From NCBI GenBank assembly GCA_965153285.1, contig OZ229113.1: a stretch of 64,000 nt of DNA; one strand, given 5' to 3'. Within the stretch, counting starts at the first letter, position 1; the number at the start of each line of letters is the position of its first letter. A program made the translations under genes and the position numbers. Shown here one piece after another: positions 25,357 to 34,887 of the stretch. Below the pieces are notes generated by a model, which ran no database searches, was not told the origin of the DNA, and saw nothing but the letters and a program-made list of their open reading frames with translations. The stretch is from Podarcis tiliguerta (lineage: Eukaryota).

Positions 25357-26965
25357 TCTAAACTTGCAGATGGCCACCACTCCTATCAGATTAGCCCCTC
25401 TCTGTGATTTGTTATCGCTTTACCCGGATAAACAGGCAGCATCGTACCTTAGGGAGGGTTTTTCTATTGGCTTTCGTATCCCAGTAGCAGGTCCGCTAAT
25501 AGCAAAGGAGTCCCCCAACCAAAAATCTGTCAGGGAGAGACCAGAAGTGGCCGAAAAGAAGATTGCCAAAGAAGTACGCGCGGGCAGGGTCGCGGGCCCC
25601 TTCGCCAGCCCCCCCTTCCCGAATTTGCACGTCTCACCTTTGGGCATAGTCCCTAAGAAAAATCCGGGGGAATTTCGGCTTATACATAACTTGTCCTATC
25701 CGGGGGGAGGCTCGGTAAATGATGCCATTCCCCCGGAGTTATGCTCGGTCAAGTACGCCACCTTCGACCATGCAGTTAAATTAATCAGGGGTTTTGGTCC
25801 GGAGGCCCTCCTGGCAAAGTGTGACATCGAGTCGGCCTTCCGCCTTTTGCCAGTGCATCCTGGGGATTTTTGGTTGTTGGGATTCAAATTTCAGGGTAGA
25901 TATTATGTGGACAAGGCTATGCCGATGGGCTGCTCCGTAGCTTGCTCGGCTTTCGAAACTTTTAGTACATTTTTGGATTGGGCCATAAGATTCAAGACAA
26001 ACGCTAGTGGGGTCACGCACTATTTAGACGACTTTCTTTTTGTGGGAAGGGCTGATTCCGGGGAATGCGTCTCACTGTTGGAAGCCTTTTCAGCCTTAGC
26101 AAAGGACCTGGGCGTTCCTTTAGCAGCAGAGAAAACAGAGGGCCCCGCAACCTGTCTCACTTACCTGGGGATCGAACTGGACACGATTGCCCAATCCTCC
26201 CGCTTGCCCAAGGAAAAAATCGACACCCTTAAGGAGTTAATTCAGGCCACCCTTCTGCTCAGGAAGATCACCCTCAGACAGATTCAGGCCCTGTTAGGCC
26301 ATTTCAACTTTGCCTGCAGGGTAGTCTCCCCGGGACGCCCCTTCTGTGCCCGCCTAGCCAGGCTTTCTGCGGGCCTAAAACACCCACACCATAGGGTTAG
26401 ACTGCCTAAGTCGGTCAAGGCAGATTTGGAGGTTTGGTTGAGTTTCTTAGCCAACTATAATGGAGTCTCGCTATGGCAGGATGTGCTTAACCTAACCTCG
26501 GACTTCCAGGTCCAATCGGACGCGGCTGGATCGCTAGGCTTTGGCGTGTACTTTAGGGGGCACTGGTGCGCCCAGCACTGGCCGGAGGGTTGGAAGGATG
26601 AGGGCATCACGCGGGATCTGACTTTTCTCGAGTTTTTTCCAATAGTAGTTGCGGTGCATATCTGGACGTCGCAATTTCAAAATCGTCGAGTGTGCTTCAA
26701 AACCGACAACCAGGCGGTGGTAAAAATTCTGGAAAGGCAGTCTTCCCGATCTTCAAGGGTGGCGGCCCTCCTGCGGTCATTTGTCCTACGGTGCCTTCGG
26801 TACAACATAATCTTTTCTGCCAAATTTGTACCAGGAGTCAATAATAATATTGCGGACGCCTTGTCTCGCTTTCAGATGTCCCGCTTCCGGTCGCTGGCAC
26901 CTGGAGCGCAACCGTTGCCCGAACACTTTCCGGAGCACCTGTGGAGCGTTGGAGACGCAAAGTGA
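25223..26965 (+). CDS. pol: Reverse transcriptase / RNase H (probable ATG at 25370)
   Basis: LGIVPKK-FRLIHNLS, KCDIESAF, MPMGC, YLDDFLF, YLGIELD; RNase H QSDAAGSLGFG, FLEFFPIV, TDNQAVV, NNIADALSR. No protease or DDE integrase. Confidence 0.96.
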   Translation: MNARGVLGPTRWRHASKGVNSPFEAAGGSIKVVPGEPPEPGTEGDLNLQMATTPIRLAPLCDLLSLYPDKQAASYLREGFSIGFRIPVAGPLIAKESPNQKSVRERPEVAEKKIAKEVRAGRVAGPFASPPFPNLHVSPLGIVPKKNPGEFRLIHNLSYPGGGSVNDAIPPELCSVKYATFDHAVKLIRGFGPEALLAKCDIESAFRLLPVHPGDFWLLGFKFQGRYYVDKAMPMGCSVACSAFETFSTFLDWAIRFKTNASGVTHYLDDFLFVGRADSGECVSLLEAFSALAKDLGVPLAAEKTEGPATCLTYLGIELDTIAQSSRLPKEKIDTLKELIQATLLLRKITLRQIQALLGHFNFACRVVSPGRPFCARLARLSAGLKHPHHRVRLPKSVKADLEVWLSFLANYNGVSLWQDVLNLTSDFQVQSDAAGSLGFGVYFRGHWCAQHWPEGWKDEGITRDLTFLEFFPIVVAVHIWTSQFQNRRVCFKTDNQAVVKILERQSSRSSRVAALLRSFVLRCLRYNIIFSAKFVPGVNNNIADALSRFQMSRFRSLAPGAQPLPEHFPEHLWSVGDAK

Positions 26966-27846
26966 TTCAGGGAGTATTGGCGTCCGTCGCACCCTCCACG
27001 CTTAGATCTTATAAGAAGGCTTGGTGCGATTTCCTGGCCTTCAGGTCCGGGTGTTCGGGAATTGCCCCTAGTGTGCCGCCGTCCACCGACGACGTCTTAA
27101 GTTATTTGTCACACTTGGATGACCTAGGGCGGGCTACTAAAACCTTGAAGATACACGTGGCCGCCATTAGTTTCTTCTCTAAGGCCACTTTCTCATCCGA
27201 CCCCTGCAGCGACTTCTTAGTCCGAAGGGCAATCGAGGGCTGGAGTAGGATGCAACCTCCGAGGGTCGGGGGTCGCAAGCCGATCTCCTACGGCCTACTG
27301 GCCAGGATCCGCACGGTATTGAGGTCCATCTGTTGGTCCAAGTACGAGGCCCGCATGTTTTCCGCCGCCTACGCAATAGCATTTTTTGGCGCCTTGCGTG
27401 TTGGCGAAGTAGTTGCCGAGGTTTGCGCAAATGGCTTGACGCGCGGACTCTTATTGGAGGACGTGCAGCTGGCCGAATCGTCCTTAACAGTCCGGATTCG
27501 CCAGTCTAAAACCGATCAGGCGGGGAGGGGGGCTTTTATCAAGCTAGTAGCATCAGGGGAGTCGGGTCCATGCCCAGTAAAGGACACCAGACGGTTCCTT
27601 TATCTCCGGCCTACCGGCCCGGGCCCGCTTTTGGTTCATAGGGACGGGTCTCCTTTGCTGAGACACCAATTCATGAGGATGCTCCGCAGGGCCATTGACG
27701 CTTGCGGGTTACCCTCCCAGGACTACGCAGCACACTCGTTTCGGATTGGTGCGGCAACAACGGCTGCTCGTCTTGGCCTGCCGGCTGATAGGATTAAGGA
27801 GATGGGTCGTTGGAAATCAGATGCATATAAGGCTTATATCCGTTAG
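26941..27846 (+). CDS. Tyrosine recombinase (true 5' end probably supplied by splicing)
   Basis: FFGALRVGE (R), SKTDQ (K), HSFRIGAAT (HxxR), GRWKSDAYKAY (W...Y): full catalytic set. Track start is GTG; the first ATG is about 100 codons in. Confidence 0.95.
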   Translation: MERWRRKVIQGVLASVAPSTLRSYKKAWCDFLAFRSGCSGIAPSVPPSTDDVLSYLSHLDDLGRATKTLKIHVAAISFFSKATFSSDPCSDFLVRRAIEGWSRMQPPRVGGRKPISYGLLARIRTVLRSICWSKYEARMFSAAYAIAFFGALRVGEVVAEVCANGLTRGLLLEDVQLAESSLTVRIRQSKTDQAGRGAFIKLVASGESGPCPVKDTRRFLYLRPTGPGPLLVHRDGSPLLRHQFMRMLRRAIDACGLPSQDYAAHSFRIGAATTAARLGLPADRIKEMGRWKSDAYKAYIR

Positions 27847-27917
27847 ACGGCGTTACCCCCATGACCCTTTACCCCCATGACCCGGCTCACCTTGGCTTCT
27901 CCTTCTTTCATCCGCAG

Positions 27918-28492
27918 CTTTTACCAGAAAGATCGTATGGATTTGCGGCCATAGTATCGTCCATTGGGCCCGTGCGAGGGCGTGTAGTTCCGGTCTCACT
28001 GCTAACCTCGGCCTATACCCTGGAGCACGTTGTTTCTGGTTCTCGAGAAGAGGCATGCGCTGGCAGGAACTTATGCCTTTATTGCGGGAGAAAGTGGCCT
28101 TGTTTGGCCCCCCCGACATCCTTATTATTCAACTGGGGGAGAATGACCTGGTTACCAGAGGAACTGCGGACTTATCATGGAGCATAAGAAATGATTTGGG
28201 CGAGATTGCTGCCTTGTGCCCCGAGACTACTGTGTTTTGGTCCTCCCTCCTAAAAAGAATTGTTTGGCGCGGGGCGCTGAGTTGTGTGGCTGTTGAGAAA
28301 ACCAGGAAGATGCTAAACCGGGCCGTGTCCCGTCGAGTCCGATACTTGAATGGCCAGGTTATCTCGCATGACCGTATCCGGGTGGGCAACAAAGCCCTGT
28401 ACCGGGATGATGGGGTCCATCTCTCTGACCATGGAAACGATTTGTGGCTTGAAAGTATTATCAGTAGTGTGAGGGATTGGTTGCAGCGGTGA
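27918..28492 (+). CDS. SGNH/GDSL hydrolase (esterase/lipase-like)
   Basis: Frame of ORF 28055-28492 is open upstream to 27881 and reads RKIVWICGHSIVHWA (block I Ser), RRGMRW (block II Gly), IQLGENDL (block III), RDDGVHLS (block V). Confidence 0.88.
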
Positions 28493-28525
28493 GGGTATTG
28501 GCGGCGAGCCTTCGGCTCGGGTGGC

Positions 28526-28890
28526 GGTTAGGCATTGGATTATTGCGTGATGGTGTGTGGGAAGGCTAGGTGTGGCCATCACCTAAGCCTTCAATTTTGG
28601 GTATTCCGTTAAAGGAATTCGGGGGTCGTGTATTCCGTCCGATGCCTGCTTGGCGGGAGGCCATGGCACGACCCCTGGTGGCATCAGGGGAGAGCCTATA
28701 GTTGTATTATCATCAACAGGCTCCGCCCCCTGATGATTCAACCCCTGTGGTGGACATCCAATGCCTAAGCCAATACCTTTTCACTGCTGTAACCAATAAA
28801 GTTGTGGCCTTTCTTTGCCCATAAACCATATATCTCGTGTCCTTGTCTATTCATTTCCACGGTACGGGGGTCGGGGTCCTCGCACCACAA
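28526..28890 (+). repeat. Split direct repeat B1 (365 bp) with AATAAA
   Basis: Matches B2 (29290-29654) with one visible mismatch (A28581/G29345). Confidence 0.95.
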
Positions 28891-29119
28891 AGACTCTCCT
28901 CTTTGAAAGAGAGGGGAGTGGTTGTGGGCGGGAGCCCGAGCTCCGCCCCTAGCAGGGGGCAACCGCCCCCTGCTTAATTAATTAGCTTACCTGGCTGGCG
29001 CGCCCCCGCCCACCAGCCGGCACCCAATCGGGTGCCGGTGGGGGGCGTGTCCAGCGTGCTTTAAAATAGAGCGCCAGCCCTCCTCCCGGCCTCTTTCTTC
29101 CTCGTCCCTCCGAGAGTCA
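28891..29119 (+). repeat. Split direct repeat A2
   Basis: Copy of 21682-21910 directly abutting B1. Confidence 0.95.
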
Positions 29120-29200
29120 CCCACCCGCCACTCCCTTTAGCTTAGGGTCTTGGCCTTGCTATGGACCTTAGGTTGGTCGCCCTGGTTAGTCGGGGGGCCT

Positions 29201-29250
29201 GGTAGGAGTTTTTCCACTTGGCAGTAGGCCAAGGGGTTTTTTCGCCTGCC
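29201..29250 (+). other. ENE-like RNA element (U-rich internal loop hairpin)
   Basis: GGUAGG-AG-UUUUU-CCACUUGGC-aguag-GCCAAGGGG-UUUUUU-CG-CCUGCC; covarying homologues at 42884-42922, 45848-45903 and 63286-63341(-). Confidence 0.7.
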
Positions 29251-29289
29251 TCGTAGCAATCGTCACAACTTTTGTGGTATTGGTGGGTA

Positions 29290-29654
29290 GGTTAGGCATT
29301 GGATTATTGCGTGATGGTGTGTGGGAAGGCTAGGTGTGGCCATCGCCTAAGCCTTCAATTTTGGGTATTCCGTTAAAGGAATTCGGGGGTCGTGTATTCC
29401 GTCCGATGCCTGCTTGGCGGGAGGCCATGGCACGACCCCTGGTGGCATCAGGGGAGAGCCTATAGTTGTATTATCATCAACAGGCTCCGCCCCCTGATGA
29501 TTCAACCCCTGTGGTGGACATCCAATGCCTAAGCCAATACCTTTTCACTGCTGTAACCAATAAAGTTGTGGCCTTTCTTTGCCCATAAACCATATATCTC
29601 GTGTCCTTGTCTATTCATTTCCACGGTACGGGGGTCGGGGTCCTCGCACCACAA
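29290..29654 (+). repeat. Split direct repeat B2
   Basis: Copy of B1; the element ends ...cgcaccacaa. Confidence 0.95.
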
Positions 29655-31053
29655 TTATGGTTTTGTAACTACTGAATGACCTGCTAAGTTTCTAGCTGCT
29701 GCTTTATACAACAAAGCAATCAATACCCAAAATTTACTAGAAGCATATAGAGCTTATGGGATAATAAGTACAACAACCATTATGCCAGGAAGAAAATGAA
29801 AGCTTGGGTTGGTATTGGAGAAAGAGAGTATAAGAAAGCCCTCAATCAATAAAATACAGTAGCAGTAAAGCAGGGATTCCTCTCTCTGAAAAGAAAACTT
29901 GTCAGAGGTTATACCGGTAATTTTCAGGCAAAACACCTGAAACAGAGCCACAGTGGACGTAGAGAATAACTAGACCTTGACACAAGCCATATGAGAATCA
30001 ACTTTGGATTCTGTCCCATGAAGATGCAATGTATGGATAAGGTAGCAATGGGAGAGGGGCATTTTTTCTCACTTGAGGAGCATCTAATGGAAATGGAGAT
30101 TTCCCATCAGTTCAGTATATCTTATGCTATTCAAATGAACACAGCTGTGTGGAACTATGAAATTGTAGCTTTCATGTGGCTCAATGAGGACACAACGTAG
30201 GCCTCAAGAATAAGTGGATTTGGAATATAGTAATAATACATGAGTGCACTTATTTGTGTGGCTGCATTCAGAAAGGGGGGGGGTATTGCTTTAGGTTTAG
30301 TGGTTATAATGTTAGTCCTGTTGTGTTATGGCTTTTTAATCACTATATTGCCATGCTAAATTTTAAATGGCTGGAAAGAACTGCATGCCAGGATACTATC
30401 CCAAATTCTGCTACATGAGCAATGGCGGTATGATCGCAAAAACTGCAGGGAAATGGCAACACAAAACTCTTGTAATTTTCCAAGCGAATGTGGTTGAAAA
30501 CTCTCCCCCCCGCCCCCCCCCCCGGAAACAATTAACATTGTGCTCAATTTCCACTAGATTTACAGAAGTGGCTTTTAAATCTTATGAAAGGTGTAAAATG
30601 CAAAGATTATCAGGTAAGGAAATGCCAGGAAGAAAGAACCAATTTCAAAAGAACACTACTGAACCTAACGCAGAACCACATAAATAGAGTGTACTTACAT
30701 TTACACCACAATCTAGTGTCTTCATGGGTGGGAGATGCACTGTACATTGGTATTCATGTTTTCATATTAATATTTCATATTCAGAAGCAAGTCCCACTGT
30801 GTTCAGTGTGGTATGTTTCCGAGTAAGTATGCATGTCTTGAGAATTTCAACAAAATCCACATTGAGGAGCTGTTTGATAACATGCTGACATCATTAGACT
30901 ATGTAATCTGGAACCAATAACTAGAAGCAAGAAAGAATTCAAAATAGCAAGCATGAGCAAAATAAATGATATCATGCCAACTTAATTTGCTAGGCTCATA
31001 TAGGTCACAGTTTTGGATTACAATTTTTATACTATTTCTATTTAAGAATACAC

Positions 31054-31413
31054 GGGACGCGGGTGGCGCTGTGGGTAAAAGCCTCAGCGCCTAGGGCTTG
31101 CCGATCGAAAGGTCAGCGGTTCGAATCCCCGCGGCGGGGTGCGCTCCCGTTGTTTGGTCCCAGCGCCTGCCAACCTAGCAGTTCGAAAGCACCCCTGGGT
31201 GCAAGTAGATAAATAGGGACCGCTTACTAGCGGGAAGGTAAACGGCGTTTCCGTGTGCGGCTCTGGCTCGCCAGAGCAGCGATGTCACGCTGGCCACGTG
31301 ACCCGGAAGTGTCTGCGGACAGCGCTGGCCCCCGGCCTCTTGAGTGAGATGGGCGCACAACCCTAGAGTCTGTCAAGACTGGCCCGTACGGACAGGGGTA
31401 CCTTTACCTTTAC
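31054..31413 (+). mobile_element. Sauria SINE, full length
   Basis: GGGACGCGGGTGGCGCTGTGGG tRNA-like head, GGTTCGAATCC B box, (ACCTTT)n tail; perfect 16-bp TSD CTATTTAAGAATACAC. Confidence 0.92.
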
Positions 31414-34400
31414 CTATTTAAGAATACACACAGCTCTATGCAGAAAGTATTTCATTCATTTTATGAAGCTTTACTTTTTCCAATAGGTTGCTATTCTCAA
31501 TCATATTGGTCAGTGTTACAGACCTTTTTCAATTGAACAATATGACATAGAAAAAACATTTTTTTAAATTAAGCTGCTATGTCCACTAATATTTTTTTCC
31601 CTTCAGAACCATCACTCTTTTTAAAAATAAAAATACATTTCTCCTTAATGTAAAAAGCAGTAGAGCAGTGACCCTCAGTGTAATCCACAGAAATTAAGAC
31701 CACATGGAGAAGGTTAAGATCAAATGACTCCTACTGAACGAGCCACCAAGAGTATTCTCTCAAAACAAAGGGAAAATCAGACAGAGGTGATTATTTGCTA
31801 CTGAGCTTGCTGACAATGCTCAATGTGGGCTCACCTCTAGGGGCTGCAAAGTCAGGAGTAGAATTGGGTTACATTTTATGCTCACAACATGAGAGCAGCC
31901 CAGCTCAAAAGAGAACGCCAAAAGCTGGAAGAGGTCTCAGTCAAATACACAGGGAAGAATGACCTACATTGCCACAATATTATTTTCTCAACAGCTAGGG
32001 CTGTACAGCTGTATAACACAAAATAAAGTCTACAAAATTATGCCAGTGTGATATAACTGAGCCAGAGTACGTTCAGGCTCAACAACATCATTCACCAACA
32101 AAGTCTATTGTACTGCCTTGCATACATGGTTTGTAGGCAGCACAGAAGTGTCACATAGAAAGAAATCTGAAAGGCTTGTGCTATTGCTGTCCTTTAGGTA
32201 AGTTCAGGCTGTTGAAGTTCTGTGGCCTTCTCACCTTGTCAGGCTGCATCTCACAGTTCTGTTTCATCGTGACAGTGTTGATTGTGACCAGCATAAACTC
32301 ACATGTTGGCTGGCAAAAACATTTTCTATTTCTAATATTTGGATATGCAAAGGTTTCCGATTTCTTGAGAAAGCGGTAAGAGCCAACAGAGAGAGCGTGG
32401 AAGGGAAGGCATAGAGGTTAAGAGATGGAAGGAATAAGGGCAATAACCCTTCCTACAGTGTGTAAGTGGTGAAAGACTTACCACTGCTCTTGTTCAAGGA
32501 TGCTACTACCCAATGTTGACCCACCCATGAGACAAATTGAGGCAGGATCCATTGTAGCAGTGACAACCTCCTCAGCAGCCCTACCCCAATGCGGCCTCTA
32601 CAGTGGCCCCTTGGTGAATAGGAGGCACTGCCAATCTCTTCCCACCTGTGCTTCCTTGGTCCCACCGTTTATTGTTCCCCCAGTGTTTCTGATGTTTCAC
32701 CCTTCTCTGCTGGGGGGAGAGACACCATTTTGTGGTTCGCCTCAGGTGCTAACACCAGTTCCCTCAATTTCAATGGCACCTAAGATGGCTAGCAAGACTG
32801 CCACCCTAAATAGCACAGCCTCAAATGCAGACCAACAAATAGTCTATCATTTTTTATATCCTGGCCAATAACTGTCACCCAGTCATGTACAATTTATCTT
32901 GTATGGTAGGGGCTGTCAATTCCACCCCTCCCATGCTCAACAAACCCAAAAGAAGTTTACAATTGAGTAAAGTCGAGCTACAATGTCATTCCCTCAAAAC
33001 CTATGGGACAACCACCTCTTCTTTCAATCCAGTGAGTGTTATATCTCAGAGAAATAAAACGGACACTTACAGAACCATCTGGTGATATTTCAACACCCCC
33101 TCTGAGTGTTTTGCTCTCATGTTACATGTCCTATGGGCAAGGGATAAAATCTTTGCACAGAACAGCATCACAGAAAACCGCTGCAGACAAAATGGTTGAC
33201 ATCTGGACATTTGACATTAACTGAGTTTGAAAAAAAAGATAAAAAGATAAGGCTTCTGTAAAAATATTCAGAGAAGAATAGATTTGGCTGTAAAGGGCCT
33301 TATGTTATCTGCTTTGAGAGAATAATGTAAGATTGCATGTGTTTATATACATAATGGTCAAATATATGGAACACAGGAGAGTCCCAATCAGTATCCTTTT
33401 TTAACACTCAAAAGCAGCAAATGCGGGAGGTTGACTGCCCCCTCCCTCAATCCAGTTCTTCCTTCTTCCTCAATCCAGTTACCCCCTGGGGTAGCCTTTA
33501 GGCTTGTTTGGGACAGGTACAATATGGGTTCCAGTCTTCCTTTTCCACATCATGCCCAATATGAAATCTGTGAGGTAGTGTATATGTTGAAAATGGTGCA
33601 GAGGGAAAGGTCTGAATCCCTTCTCCCTCAGCACAACAGGCCCCATCCAGTTTGGATGTCCTCGCGGCTTCCGTGAAATGGTAAAATAATTGCTAATCCA
33701 ACAAGGACGGTCATAGGTGAGTCTCCACTACCTCTTTTCTTTGGAAATGCCTTTTGTTCACGCACTGTTATGCAATCCAGAAGACGTAGGTCCTGATCTG
33801 TCATATAGCCATGGTGGTTTTTTTTACTCCCCTCTCCAATGTTTTGAGACCTCGGTTGTGATGATTTTTCTTAGGTTTAATGCATGTGCATCACTAGCCA
33901 GTCCAGTGCAGTCAAGCCATACTCTTAGGATGTGCTTTGGGAATACCGATGCTTTAAAAGACTCATGGTTTCTAACTAATTACTTCTACTTTCCTTGTGG
34001 CTAAAGAAAAACAAAACCTGAATGAGCAATAGGTCAGGCCGTAAAGAGGGCAAAAAGATGGAGGAGGGATGATTGACTGGGATTGGGTAGAGACTGACAG
34101 CTCAAGGGGCTCTTTGGGTGGGTTGGTAGGTACATTCTCTCTGAGGTTGCCTGAGACAACAAGAAGCCCCACACTCCCCTGGGGAGCTTTTCTTCCAGTA
34201 GCTCCATTGCAGTATTTGTTTAGCTCCCCTTGCGATTCCTCTGCCCTTCTAGGGTGGAGTAACCCAGTTTTTCAATCTTCATATACAGGGCCAGCCCAAG
34301 ACATTTTGGCACCTGAGGTGAATCACAAAAGGACACCCTCTCCCCACCAGGGAAGAGTGAGTGAGTGAGTGAAGATCTAAAGATTTACAACAGGATCTGT

Positions 34401-34490
34401 TGCCCCTGTGGATCTTGCCACCTGAGGCAGTTTGCCTCATCTAGCCTCATGATGGTGCAGTCCTGTTTATATACATTGCCATGCAACGAC

Positions 34491-34887
34491 CAGTGCTGGA
34501 TTTACGTATAAGTTAAACAAGCTATAGCTTAAGGCCTCACTCTCTTGGGGGCCCCCAAATAATGTAAAGGGGGAAAAACACCTGGATGTACATTTCCAAA
34601 ACAAAAAAAAAAAGAAAGAAAGAAAAAGAAAAACCTACATACAACAACAGTGTTTTGTGTTGTGTAGGCTCCTATGATGTAAGTAATGGGCCCCGCCTGC
34701 TAGCCTGCTCCCTAAAATATCACTGGTTAGATACCCATTAGGTCCATAAATTACCATTTAGCATATATTCAACACACACACACACAAAAACAGTGACAAT
34801 CTGTTATTGACAAAGGACAGCTGGACATATAAAGGGCCTCATTACCTTCAGTAGCTATGGGCCTCATCGAACCTAAATCCGGTCCTG
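34491..34887. mobile_element. hAT non-autonomous element (uninterrupted sister of 11870-12666)
   Basis: CAGTGCTGGATTTA...TAAATCCGGTCCTG; internal sequence aligns with the 11870 copy. Confidence 0.8.

Larger units (their letters stand above)
21682..29654 (+). mobile_element. Full-length Ngaro-type (DIRS order) tyrosine-recombinase retrotransposon
   Basis: Split direct repeats A1 (21682-21910), B1 (28526-28890), A2 (28891-29119), B2 (29290-29654); gag, RT/RNase H, YR and SGNH hydrolase frames all open; no TSD; CpG-rich. Confidence 0.96.

Noticed and set aside
28729-28760. CTGATGA as a hammerhead ribozyme core in repeat B
   Set aside because: No correctly placed GAAA/stem II, the motif is paired within a stem, and it is not kept in the relics.
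21670-29665. Treating A or B repeats as ordinary LTRs with a TSD
   Set aside because: No TG...CA ends, PBS, DDE integrase or duplicated flank; the layout is split direct repeats.
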